A program made the position numbers and the translations under genes. Positions 51,968 through 64,000 of a stretch of 64,000 nt of DNA are shown piece by piece. The notes below the pieces were generated by a model that ran no database searches, had not been told where the DNA came from, and worked only from the letters and a program-made list of their open reading frames with translations. Every line of letters begins with the position of its first letter. Position 1 is the stretch's first letter. Location: assembly GCA_951406725.2 (NCBI GenBank), contig OX597823.1, positions 39,804,001-39,868,000 of the forward strand, written 5' to 3'. The stretch comes from Octopus vulgaris (Eukaryota).

Positions 51968-54900
51968 TATATATATACAATTACAGGTATGGCTGTGTGG
52001 TTAAGAATTTTTCTTCACAATTGCATAGCATTGGATTAAGTCTCACTGCGTGCCACTTCGGGCAAGTGTCTTCTACCGAAGCTCCAAGGTCAACAAATGT
52101 CTTATGAGTCTGAAACTGAAAGAATCCCAGTGTGTGTGAGTGTAGGTGAAAGTTGTGGTGCAAAAAACCAGTGTTTAGAACTGTGTGTGTTTGTGTTTGC
52201 TTGTTTGAATGTTTACAATCTATAGAGAGCTATAGATAAGGGTTAGCTACAGAAAAGGCATCCTCTGTAAAAATCCTGCCTCCACTACCTTTACATTCAA
52301 TCTTTGCTAGCATGGAATAAATGAACAGAAATTTTAGTGAGAGCGCGCGCGAGCACTCATTTTTATTTGTTTCATGATCTAAGGGAAGTAATCATCAGTA
52401 GAAACATTATATACAAATATATAAACATTCTGCGCGACTTCCATTAAATGCAATGTATTTTACATATAACCACCGAAGTTGTGGAAAAAAATATTTTCTG
52501 AGAAAAAAACTTAAACAAAAATCAAATAAATCTTAAACAATATTAAGTAATTTTAAGGCAAATATTTTATTTTTTTAATTATATAAACGTATTACTGTTT
52601 TATATCAGTTTATATCATGATGTCATTTCCTTATTCCAGTTTTGGTTCTGTATCAACTCTCCTGGTTTGCTGTTGTTGGCATTGGTCTTGAGAAAGGTAT
52701 ACTAATTAGCTTAATGTTAAGGACTAGTTCATTTGGAAATCTAAACTTAGGTAGACCAGCCTTTCTCTCCATTGTTTTGTGTTGCTTTAAGATCTTCAAA
52801 AGCCAATATATTTTTTATTTAAGTTATGATGCTGTAGTGTTTCTCAATAGAAACGTCTAGTGGTACACAGCCTATCAGCCAACGATAGCCATGAGTACAA
52901 CTATGACTATAAGCTATTCTGTATATATAATAAATAACCTAATTGTTACCCTATGGACACTGTAGTAAATGTAATAAAGTCAAATCTCATCAATAAGAGA
53001 TTAATAATAGAAGAATGTATGTTACTACACCCAAGATAACAATACTTTCCATGTTCTGTTAGAAGCACTGAATCAATGGTTCCAAACATTTTGTTCGCTT
53101 GCTGCTGTCTCTCAGAGAATGGTATTTTACAAATGCATTGCTGCTACCTCACTGCCTATATTTAAACCCTTTCTCCACAAATGGCTGATTATTCTAATTG
53201 ACACAGGCTGATTTTGCATAGTAGTTTATAGGTGTACACAAGCTGATAGGAACAGGTGCATGCATGGCTGCGTGGTTAAGAAGTTTGCTTCCCAACCACA
53301 TGCTTTTTTGGGTTCAGTCTTAATGTGTAGTACCTTGGGCAAATGTTTTCTAATATAACCCTTGCCTGACTGAAACTTTGTGAATGGATTTGATCCACAG
53401 AAACTACAAAAGCCTTTGTGTGTGTAAATATATATATATATATATTTTCTTTTATTTGTTTCAGTCAGTTGACTTTGACCATGCTGGAGCACCAACTTGA
53501 AGGGTCTTAGTCAAACATCTTGTCAGGTGGCTCTCGAGCGCCACTTGGTAACACGTAACCCAATACAACCTGTCGTATGCTCAGGTCGTCAGTAACTAAA
53601 CTGGCAACTCCATCAAGCTTGCTTGGTGAAGACAGTGATTGTTGGACATCCTGTGGGATGAAAAATAAGACCCGTCAAAGGGTGGAAGAACTACTGTGTA
53701 GTCAACAGCCAATTCAACAAGTGCCTTGTCGCAGTGATGTACCTGTGTGCTCCATTGACTCGGAGAGCTATGCTGGAGGGAGAGAAATCTTCAGGCAGGT
53801 CTTACCAGGCCATCCAGGTCGAAGCATAGGAGACAGACAAAACCTTAATGACAATAAATCGAAGCGTCGGCAGCAGGGCATGGATTTAGTTATTGGCAGG
53901 ACCTAACAGATCAGATTCTTGGCTTTGAAGTAGCAGAATGTTATGCTGAGGATCTTGAATATAAAACAATGGATGAGACCCTAATATTCCTAGATAGATG
54001 GAAACTTCCTAGATCCTTCAAGATGGCATTGGTTAATCCAACGAAATCCAGGAATATGCCATAATTTAGTTTTTCTGCAAAAGTCAACCAACCTAAACAT
54101 ATTTCAATAAATATAAGAAATATTTCTATAAATATAAGATACTTCTTCAGGCTTGTTATGTTCTTAATATCTTCCTTTAATGTCATCCAACAGCTTTTTT
54201 GAATTTAAAATTTCTGGGCTTTCATCATTTTTTACATTGATGATATTCAATTTGAATATCTTTTTATAAAATAAAGTTCCTATCATGAGCCTCTGTTTTT
54301 CTTTTTCCTCTCTTAAATATTTTTAAAAAACTCGAAAGCCAATCTCAAGACACTGAGCTTTATGAAGGAGAAGTGTAAGGACCAAGTTACTGGACACATT
54401 GCTGCCACGTATCTCAAGAAGACCTGTCCACCACAGCAGAATTCATACTGGCACTGGTGCCACATAAAAAGCACCCAGTACACTCTGTGGAGTGATTGGC
54501 CTTAGAAAGGGGCATCCAGCCATAGAAACCATGCCAAAACAATGGAGCTTGATGTGGCCCCTGGCCTTACCTGCTCTGATCAAAACATCCAACTCATACC
54601 AACATGGAAAATGGATGATGATGATGATGATGATTACTTGGTTTTAAAAGAAATTAAAAAAAAAAAACAAGTTCTTTGCATCAGTTTGTTTTCTCATCAT
54701 CATCATCATCGATTAACGTCCGTTTTCCATGCTAGCATGGGTTGAGTTGAAAAAATATAGTGAGGTGCCAACATCTGTATGTCTACTTGCTCCAGCATCA
54801 TCATTATCTCCATTACTATCCTTACCATCATCACCACTGCAACTGTCATCAATTTGGATCATGGGTTTAATTCATGGACCGATGGTCTTAAGCAAAACAC

Positions 54901-55074
54901 TTCACTTCACATTATTCCAGTCCACTCAGCTGTAAATAACCCTGTGAGTGACTGGCATCCCAATCTGGACTAATGTTTTGATCTTGGTCACTTGTATGCC
55001 TTACAAACATGGTAAATGGCAATATGAGTCGTAGGACTGCTGACTGTACTTTTATGTGGACATGCACACACTAA

Positions 55075-56663
55075 TTGGCATGGTTTCTATAGCTGGATGC
55101 CCTTCCTAACACCAACCACTTTGCAGTGTGCTGGGTGCTTTTTATGTGACACTATTGCCAGTGTTTTATGTGGCACCATCACCAGTGATTTTTACATGGC
55201 TGAAGCACCAATGCTTTTTACGTGGCATCTTAGTTTTTAGGATATCAATTCTGTTGTGAGAGAGTCTCCCTGAGTTCAGCAATGTGTTATATATCTCGAT
55301 CTTTTGTCATTTCCTTTGTAAGACTCAGCATTTTGAGATCAGTCTTCATTATTTTGTCCCATGTCTTCTGGGTCTCCCTCTTCCACAACTTCCTTCCACT
55401 TTAAGTTGATTAGCACTTCTTTATGCAACTGTCATCATCCATCCACATCACATGACCAAACCAGCACAGTCTTCTCTCTTGCACGCTGCTTATAATCCCT
55501 CTTATGCCTAAATTTTCTCTCAATACATTAGAGCTCTATCTCACAAGCACACAAACATTGCACATCCAGCACTGTATACCAGCTTCATTCTTCTCTAGTC
55601 TTTGCATGTCCTCTGCTTTCAGTGCTCACATCTCACAACCATGTAGCATTGCAGTTTGAACATATGCATCATACAATCTTCCTCTGAGTGGAAAGGGACC
55701 TTTTGTTGCAAACAAAGGCAAAAGTTCCCTGAATTTTCTCTCTCCTATTCTTATTCTAGTAAGTAAACTTGCTGTATAACCTCCACTGCTAATTAGGTTA
55801 CTTAGGTAGCAGAAATCTACAACTTCCAGAGAGCCTCCAGGACATTTGAGGCAATCAGTTTACCATGTATCTGTGGTCTTTATGGTTCCTGTACACCTTC
55901 CACAAACAAACACTATTTTCTCTGTTAACCTTGCTATTCCACTGCACCTCTTGTATGTCCATAACTTGCATTGGATACACCGAATGGGGTTTCCATCTGC
56001 ACCCATCCTACATATTGAGCAGAGCCACCTACCTGAAGTGGGTAGGGTCCTGTCTGTTTACTTACTTATTAAGACCTTAGTCTTTGCTAAGTTAACTTTA
56101 AGGCCCTTAGATTCCAGGTTTTGCTTTCACACCTGAAATTTCTTTTCTAGTTCTGTTACAGATTCTGCTATGAGAGCAAGGTCATCAGCATATAGTAGAT
56201 CCCATGGGCTTCCTGTCTTAAATACCTCTTTTACAGCCAGGTGGATGATGGTGAATAAGAGAGGGCTGAGGACTGAGCCTTGGTGAACACCTACCTTTAC
56301 ATTAGATTTGTCACTGGCAAACTTTTACCTTACTAACAGCACTCCTGTACTGCTTTTACAAGCCAGTTGTCTATCCCTATTTTCTTCAGGGACCACTATA
56401 TCACAGAGCAGGGTACTCTTGAAGACTTTAGCCAGATCAACAAATGCCAAGTATAACAGCTTGTTCTTAGCTAAATACTTCTGAAGTTACCTGACTATAA
56501 AAATAACATCTGTGGTGCTTCTCCCCAGGACAAAGCCAAACTGCATTTCATTTAGTCTAATTCTGTTCATGATTAATTGAGCTATAACTCTCTGTGCAAT
56601 TTTCATCACCTGGTCCAGCAATTAGATGCCTCAATAATTACTTCTGTCTAAGGTATCTCCCTG
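55075..56663 (-). mobile_element. 5'-truncated RTE LINE (RT pseudogene plus 3' UTR)
   Basis: Minus strand NYxGIxLLDQVMKI, QFGFV.GRSTTD, AFVDLAK, KVGVHQGSVLSPLLF, KTGSPWDLLYADDLALIAES, FCYLxxLIS. The 3' UTR matches the family C tail. Confidence 0.9.
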
Positions 56664-58386
56664 CTCCTTTTGCGAAGAAAATGAATGTGACTTTTGTCAT
56701 CATAAAACTACTTCAGTGTAGGAAATTTAAAACAATCCTGACTGTAGAATGAATTTTAAAAAAGATACAATAGAAATATCTAACAAGACAATGCAAAATT
56801 TGAGCAATGAAACAAAACGGTTGTGGGGGAAAAATTTGTAAAGAATCATAACATATGCATCCAGTCTGTAATGTTCCCCTATACTAAAATTATGTTTGCA
56901 TATAAGTATGATGTTTCTCCTCTTTCTAGTTTTTCTTTCCACTGCTTTCTTATGACCATATGTGTATTTAAGAAAAGGCATCACATGATTTCCTAAACAG
57001 ATTTCTATTGTGTATCACACATGTATAAAAAACAATCATATTAAACAGTTTTCAACAAAAAAGAGAAAGCTTTCATTTTAAATAAAATAAAAATCAAAAT
57101 GAAATAATTTCTGCAAAAATTATTTCTCTGGGAAACAGTTAAACTAGATGTAAAACAGAAAAAGAATTTGATATCATATTTTATTTATCATTATTATTAT
57201 CATTATTATTATTATTATTATTTGGACAAAATTTCTTTGATGAAATTTAGTAAAATGTTCTATAAATGAGGACAATAATTTGGTGTTATAAAAGTGGGGT
57301 TATTTAGTTATTAAGGGAGAAATTCCATAGAGTGAGGTTTGATGAAGAGATGGTGGTGTTTAGAAACTATGCTAAATTGATGACACAAATTCAAAGACGT
57401 AGCAGTGAGAGGATAACTGACTTCAAATTATGGACATGAAAGGTATAAGATGGCCTTCCTCACTTTACGGATACAAAGGAAGATAACCTAAATTTTTGAC
57501 TCGGGGAAGTTAATTAATTCTGATTTATGAAAATTGGTGGGTAAGATATGTTCCATAGTGAAAAACAGTTTGCCGGTTCACTAAACCAGTGTTTGGCCCT
57601 CTGAATTAACTCTTTCAGCTCAAATGACCAACTGCTTGAACTTTGAGCTCAAACATCCAACTATTCATTCACGAAGGCATATAAAAAAACAAACAAAAAA
57701 CAAAAAAAAACAACAAAAACGATAGACTCTGTGTATATAATACGAACATTTATAGATAAATGCTCTTAAATGGCCCTGTTAAGCCTTGGTAGACAACGCA
57801 GCTTTTATATTGAGACTTGACTGCAATAATTTTAAATCAAGGCAGAGAAAATGCTCTTTGGAGAATCTTTCCATATCTCCATCATGTCAACAATGTAACA
57901 TTCTCGCTGTCTATTGGGGTGGGTGGGTTAATTTTGATAGTTTGTCCCAGAAAGATAGACTTGGTCTAAGGACACTCTTATCATACAAAAACAGTTTTCA
58001 TAATGGCCCAAACAAAGAGAAACTGATTTATAGTTTCTCGCTCCCTCTAACATATATATACATATAGGGGCTGTCATTTTAATGATCCCTGTTAAAGTAA
58101 GATCTATCTCCAAGACAATCCCTAGTTTCAGAGATTATCTCAAATGGGTTGCATTTAATTGAAACTAATTCATAGTTTCCACTGGCATTGAAAATTAAAA
58201 CCATTTCACAACTAAAAACAATTACTTAAAGCAAATGATGAACTATTGGTAACTTGTGTTTCTTTTCTTTTACTATCATTTCCATTTTAAGAAAATGACT
58301 GGAGAGGCATACTGAGTTCAGCTGTCGGACCAGGAATGACAAATTTCTTTAATTTATATGCAAACACATGGATACATAGAAACACT

Positions 58387-58423
<37 letters not shown>

Positions 58424-58658
58424 TATAATTTTCTTTTTTTTTGCATCAAAGACCAATGAAGTATATGTAATTTTAATTATGCATTTCATATTGCTAATCA
58501 GGCAATGATTAAGGATGTCGTCTGGTTTCAAATTTGATCTTAGTTTCAACGGAACTAAGATTCAGACAGCTGGCATTTGAAATAAGATGGCTTCAGCTAA
58601 AAGAGAATTGTTTTATTGGTTGTGATAGTTGTTGTAGTCTCTATTTTGGAATCAAAGA

Positions 58659-58921
58659 TCAAACTTTGGTTTCTGAGGTGTTATCATCTGGTACTAATGG
58701 CTTTAGAACTTGAGGTCCTTTGTCCAATTTGGAAACATCATTGTAGTAAGTAATGTCATTATCATTCCCTTTTTGGAAACTGTCACTTGACCCAGGAAGA
58801 GGATCAGTTGTATTGTTCTGTTCAAAATATTCAGGATTTTCTACAGAAGCCATTGTGGTGGCTCCAAGAATGTCTTTCATTAATTCATCATTTGTTGGTT
58901 CATAATTATTCTTGTAAGTAT
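58659..58921 (-). CDS. EGFR: Epidermal growth factor receptor, last coding exon (C-terminal tail)
   Basis: Acceptor TTTTACAG at 58922-23. TYKNNYEPTNDELMKDILG..ASVENPEYF..TYYND..LKPL..SETKV* parallels the protostome EGFR tail (SVDNPEY, YYND, PDZ-binding ET(R/K)V). Confidence 0.88.
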
Positions 58922-59014
58922 CTGTAAAACAATAACAACAACAACAAATAATGAAGTTTTACTTTTGGAGTTAATTAATATTTAATTGTGTTGGTACTTA
59001 GAGTTGCAAATTAA

Positions 59015-59238
59015 CCTAATTTAGCATTTAAACTAGCCAAAATTTGACCAAAATATTCCACCGGTTTCATGCTCAAGCAAACCAGATCTGGCCTCTCACA
59101 CATATCCTACAATGTCATTGTAAAAATAAACAATGGCATCATCAAAATCTGGAAGCTACAAGATAATGTTATGATTAATTCAAAATAATGTGAATAAATA
59201 GGAATTACATTTAACAGAGTAATCTGAATGCTAAAGGG
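59015..59238. mobile_element. piggyBac-like MITE (diverged)
   Basis: TTAA|CC.AATTTAGCATT ... AATGCTAAAGGG|TTA. Confidence 0.6.
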
Positions 59239-59482
59239 TTACTACATAACAACACAAAACAACACTAGGATAAGAAGCACACCACATACCAGGCACTACT
59301 ATCCCATGACCTGAATTTCTCCAAAAACAATGTCACTATACACAAAATTTCATATCATTTTCTTAACATGATGATTTTAATATATTTTTTAACCATATAA
59401 TACAAGTCTTCTGTAATTTTTTCATTCCATTTTGTTTTTTATACATCCAACCATGTGCTTTCACATACCAACTCTCTCATCC

Positions 59483-59520
<38 letters not shown>

Positions 59521-59522
<2 letters not shown>

Positions 59523-59721
59523 GGAATAAACACATAAATGTGAAACAAGGTGGAAAAAGAGTACTCAAATACCAGTGGTAGAGTAATATGCTTTATTTTA
59601 AGCAGCAGAAAATTCAACAAAATCTGTTACTCTGAGTTTCTCGTTGCCGTTCATCTGATGAACGGCAACGAGAAACTCAGAGTAACAGATTTTGTTGAAT
59701 TTTCTGCTGCTTAAAATAAAG
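59521..59721. mobile_element. Hammerhead-family element with a perfect 65 bp-arm palindrome (59591-59721), flanked by (TA)n
   Basis: Arms 59591-59655 and 59657-59721 with a 1 nt spacer. CTGATGA-ACG-GCAA-CGA-GAAA-CTCAGAG-TA-ACAG begins at 59655. Confidence 0.85.
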
Positions 59722-59750
59722 TATATATATATATATATATATATATATAC

Positions 59751-60208
59751 TCTCTTTTACTCTTCTACTTGTTTCAGTCATTTGACTGCGACCATGCTGG
59801 AGCACCGCCTTTAGTTGAGGTAATCGACCCCCAGGACTTATTCTTTGTAAGCCTAGTACTTATTCTATCGGTCACTTTTGCCGAACCGCTAAGTTACGGG
59901 GACGTAAACACACCAGCATCGGTTGCCAAGCGATGTTGGGAGGACAAATACAGACACACACACATCAGCATCGGTTGCCAAGCGATGTTGGGAGGACAAA
60001 TACAGACACACACACATACACACGCATATATATATACATATATACGATGGGCTTCTTTCAGTTTCCGTCTACCAAATCCACTCGCAAGGCTTTGGTGGGC
60101 CTGAGGCTATAGTAGAAGACACTTGCCCAAGGTGCCACGCAGTGGGACTGAACCCGGAACCATGTGGTTGGTAAGCAAGCTACTTACCACACAGCCACTC
60201 CTGCACCT
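59751..60208 (-). mobile_element. SINE family A, young copy with an internal ~52 bp tandem duplication
   Basis: Complete head and tail. CAGCATCGGTTGCCAAGCGATGTTGGGAGGACAAATACAGACACAC occurs twice (~59915, ~59966). Confidence 0.9.
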
Positions 60209-60231
60209 ATACATATACATATATATATATA

Positions 60232-60538
60232 TCATCATCATCATCATCATTTAGCGTCCGCTTTCCATGCTAGCATAGGTTGAACGGTTCAACTGGGGGT
60301 CTGGGAAGCCAGAAGGCTGCATCAGGCCCAGTCTGATCTGGCAGTGTTTCTACGGCTGGATGCCCTTCCTAACGCCAACAACTCCGTATGTGTAGTGGGT
60401 GCTTTTAACGTGCCACCCGCACAGGTGCCAGACAGGGCTGGCAACGGCCACGATCGGATGGTGTTTTTTACGTGCCACCGGCACAGGGGCCAGGCGAGTC
60501 TGGCAATGGCCACGAACGGATGGTGTTTTTTACGTGCC
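60232..60538 (-). mobile_element. Family C element
   Basis: (CAT)n tail and internal TTTTTACGTGCCACC repeats. Confidence 0.85.
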
Positions 60539-60837
60539 AATCAACACTGTATTACAACTGCATATATCTCAACCTTACAATGCTGTCAATCTCACACCAT
60601 CACTCTCCACTTCCTTTATTATTCTATGTCCCTTCTATCTTCCATCACTGTACATACCTCCTCCTCCCCCATCTCTCTCACACAAGCACACACTCTTTCT
60701 CTCTCTCTCCTTCTTTCCACATTACACTGTCACTTAACTCTACTGCTCTCACCTTTAGACACACACACACTCACATCAATAATCTTACGCCTTACACTTA
60801 AAACAACACACACACAAATAACAATCACAAATATTAC

Positions 60838-60990
60838 CATTAAAATCAATGTAGGCTGCTGGATTTGATGACTTTGGTTGAAGGTAATCATCTTCATCAA
60901 CAGGTAACTGATGGGAAGAAAGGAATGGTGCAGTAGGAACCAGTTTGGGCTGATATCCCATCATGTGGTTTGGGTCAAATTCAATGTTAT
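60838..60990 (-). CDS. EGFR: Epidermal growth factor receptor, penultimate coding exon
   Basis: TTGCAG acceptor and GTAATA donor, 153 nt, phase 1-1. NIEFDPNHMMGYQPKLVPTAPFLSSHQLPVDEDDYLQPKSSNPAAYIDFN matches the LPVDEDDYL(M)P...Y(M)D motif of Drosophila Egfr and splices in frame to 58921. Confidence 0.9.
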
Positions 60991-61297
60991 CTGCAATAAA
61001 TCAGAGAGGAGAATTTACAGTTTCATAAAGAGAATTTGTGTTGAAATGTTTTAATAAATGAATTTACTGGATTTAATGAAAGGAAGTTATACATTTTTGG
61101 ATAATGATAAAATCAATGAGTCTTGAATATGAAGATGGCTGGAATTTAAAAGAAATATCAATCATTGTTGTTTTAACGTCCACTTTTCCATGTTTGCATG
61201 GGTCAGACAGTTTAATGAGGCAGATCCTTCTATGGCCAGATACACTTCCTGTCATCTAAGCCTCATACTCTTTGAAGATAATATTTCTCCATAGTGA

Positions 61298-61985
61298 AGG
61301 TGGTGAACTGGCAGAATCATTAGCATGCTGGGCAAAATGCTTGGTGGCGTTTTATCCATCTTCATGTTATGAGTTCAAAATCCACCGAGGTCAACTTTGT
61401 CGTTCCTCCATTTGGGGTTGAAAAAATTAGTACCATTCAAGTACTGGGGTTGATGTAATCGACTTACCCACTCCCCCTAAAATTGCTGGCCTTGTGTCAA
61501 AATTTGAAACCAGCGTTTCTCCATGGCAATGGTGGAAAGCTGGTAGAATAATAATCAAGGCAGCGAGCTGGCAGAAATGTGAACACGCCGGGCGAAATGC
61601 TTAGCAGTATTTCGTCTGCCACAACGTTCTGAGTTCAAATTCCGACGAAGTCGACTTTGCCTTTCATCCTTTCGAGGTCGATTAAATAAGTACCAGTTAC
61701 GCACTGGGGTCGATATAATCGACTTAATCCGTTTGTCTGTCCTTGTTTGTCCCCTCTGTGTTTAGCCCCTTGTGGGCAATAAAGAAATAAGAATAATTAG
61801 CATGCTGGGCAAAATGCTTAGTGGCATTTCATCTGTGTTTACATTCTGAGTTTAAATCCCACTGAGGCTGGCTTTGCTTCTCATCCTTTCAGGATCAATA
61901 AAATAGGTACCAGTCAAGCACTGGGGTCGATGTAATCAATTTACCTCCTCCCAAAAATTGCTTGTCTTGCGCCAACATTTGAAGT
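61298..61985 (+). mobile_element. Cluster of three SINE B copies; young copy 61558-61790 nested in an older one
   Basis: Three family B cores. AGAATAAT direct repeat flanks the young copy, and the old copy resumes TAGCATGCTGGGCAAAATG. Confidence 0.8.
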
Positions 61986-63010
61986 CAATATATTTCTCCT
62001 TAGCTGGACATGTTTTCACAAATACACAACTTATATAACAATGACACTCATTTACAACTATTGCATGATACCAAGACAAGACACAAACACACAAACACGC
62101 ACACACATACACACATGTATGACAGGCTTCTTTCAGTTTCCATCTACCAAATTCACTCACAAGGCTTTAGTTGGCCTAGCACTATAGTAGAAGTGCCATG
62201 CAGTGGGACTGAACCTGGAACCATGTAACTGGGAACCAAACTTCTCAATCATACAGCCACACTTGCAACTATGATAGTTTTATAAAGAATTTTTGGATCA
62301 GTATTGGCCTTGAAGAAGATCGTCATAAATAATCTTTTATCAGAATTTATTAAAAATTTGATGCATTTTAGCATCCTGTGACCACCCAGAAGTTCAGATT
62401 AAATCAAACAGCACTTACTAAAGAAAATTAATTAATATATTTATTTAATAACAAATTAGTAAGAAAAAATGTTAAATGTTAAAGTTAAGTAAATCAGAAA
62501 TTAGGTTAAATTCCACAATTATTTAATGATTTTGTGGTTATCAGTAGGAAAACAATAAAACATGACACCAGAAATATGCAAATTAAAAATCTGCCATAAA
62601 TAAAAAAATAAAAAAGAAAAACAGAAAAAGAAACTCAAAAGCAAAGTCTATCAATTTTGGTAAAGTGAATAGATGGAAAAAAATGCTGTAAAGTTCCACT
62701 ACTCTTTTAAAATCAAAAGGCTTCTAAAGCCATTGAGGGCAATGAAAAAAATTTTGATGCAACCATTTACTGATAAAAAAAGGGTAAAGATATATTGCAT
62801 TATGTTCCAGATACAACTATGTCTGAAATAAAAAATATAAACAAACACATGTATGCACAATGGGCCTTTTTAAAATTTCCATTTACCAAATCCACTCACA
62901 AGGCTTTGGTTGGCCTGAGGCACTTGCCCAATGTGACATGCAGTGGGACTGAACCTAGAATCATGTAGTTGTAAAGCAAGCTTTTTAGAACACAGCCTTG
63001 TCTGTGCCTA

Positions 63011-63094
<84 letters not shown>

Positions 63095-63649
63095 CACATG
63101 CATACATACATACATATCTTTGAGGCCTTTGGCCCCACTACTGGGCTGATCTGCAGCCCTCTATCCTTGTGTAAAGTAATGGACTCAGACACATTCATTG
63201 TATATGTATTAATTATCCGATATTCCATTCCAAACTCCCTACCTGACATATATCCATACACCCATACCCATACACTCAGTATCTATACTTCACTCTCACC
63301 CATACCTAAACCCCATGTCCCATTAACTTGTTGTTCATTCAACATGTAGTGTGAATTCCATCTCTGTAACAGTGTGTCAGTGTATCAACCTTTGGACCAC
63401 TTTCTGCCAACTTTGCCGATAGACATACAGCTAGTTTATAGTTTGACTTACAACTTCCTATAAGACTTACAGCTAAGTTTCTAGCCTTGAAGCCGCCCTT
63501 CAGGCAGCATTCAGGCTAGCTCCTGTGGAGGGCTTTTGAGAATTTTGTATGGTATTCAGGTAGAAAAAACTCTAAAACTCCAATATGTAACCTGAACAGT
63601 AAGACTAGCTTCCACCTAGACATAAGTTTCATAAACAACAAAATATAAA

Positions 63650-64000
63650 TACCCACAGTACCGCACTTGAAACGTACCTATTATAACTCTATCTTGATTT
63701 GAATGTACATGAAGGTATTTAAAATGTCCAAACTTATTTCTGCAAATGTGCTAAGCACTGATGTTTTCCACTGTTCAAAGCATTCCTAGAACTTTTGCAA
63801 AGTGATGCCTTTTAACGCCTCTGTCATTTTTTCTTTACCTCTTCCACCTCTGCAAAACGTTTTCCTTTTAGGACTTTTTTCATTTAGAGGAACAAAAAAA
63901 GTTGCAGGGTGCAAGACTGGGTAAATAGGGAGGATGAGTAAACGGGGTCATGCCATTTTTGGTCAAAAACTGTCTCACACTCAAGGCAGAGTGTGAAGGT
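63650..64000 (-). mobile_element. Mariner (DD34D-type) transposase 3' portion, runs off the window
   Basis: Minus THPPYLPSLAPCNFF..KMKKVLKGKRFAEVEEVKKKMTEALKGI corresponds to the HPPYSPDLAPxDF motif. Confidence 0.8.

Noticed and set aside
1413-63261. Dozens of [18 protein letters not shown] ORFs in the ORF track
   Set aside because: They are translations of (TA)n, (CA)n and (TATG)n microsatellites.
61000-63640. Further EGFR exons
   Set aside because: No minus-strand frame with EGFR-like sequence was found. The kinase exons presumably lie beyond the window.

Overview
AT-rich, microsatellite-saturated eukaryotic genomic DNA. The SINE families and repeat style point to an octopus/cephalopod (inference). 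Two host genes lie tail-to-tail. On the + strand is a compact gene with two coding exons (47712-47787, 49941-50845; 326 aa) encoding signal peptide-EGF-FN3-TM-cytoplasmic tail. On the - strand are the last two coding exons of an EGF receptor (60838-60990, 58659-58921; LPVDEDDYL, SVENPEY, YYND and C-terminal ETKV motifs). The rest is mostly transposon debris: Tc1, maT and mariner relics, hAT/piggyBac/mariner MITEs, several non-autonomous Helitrons, RTE and R4/Dong LINE relics, a Penelope-like element and four SINE or SINE-like families. The most unusual signal is a set of short elements, mostly sitting in (TA)n arrays, that carry minimal hammerhead ribozyme motifs and/or long fold-back palindromes. 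One of them couples a tRNA-like Pol III head to a hammerhead, and one palindrome is centred on the ribozyme core. Nearly all ORFs in the supplied track are microsatellite or TE artefacts. All calls are by eye, with no database searches.
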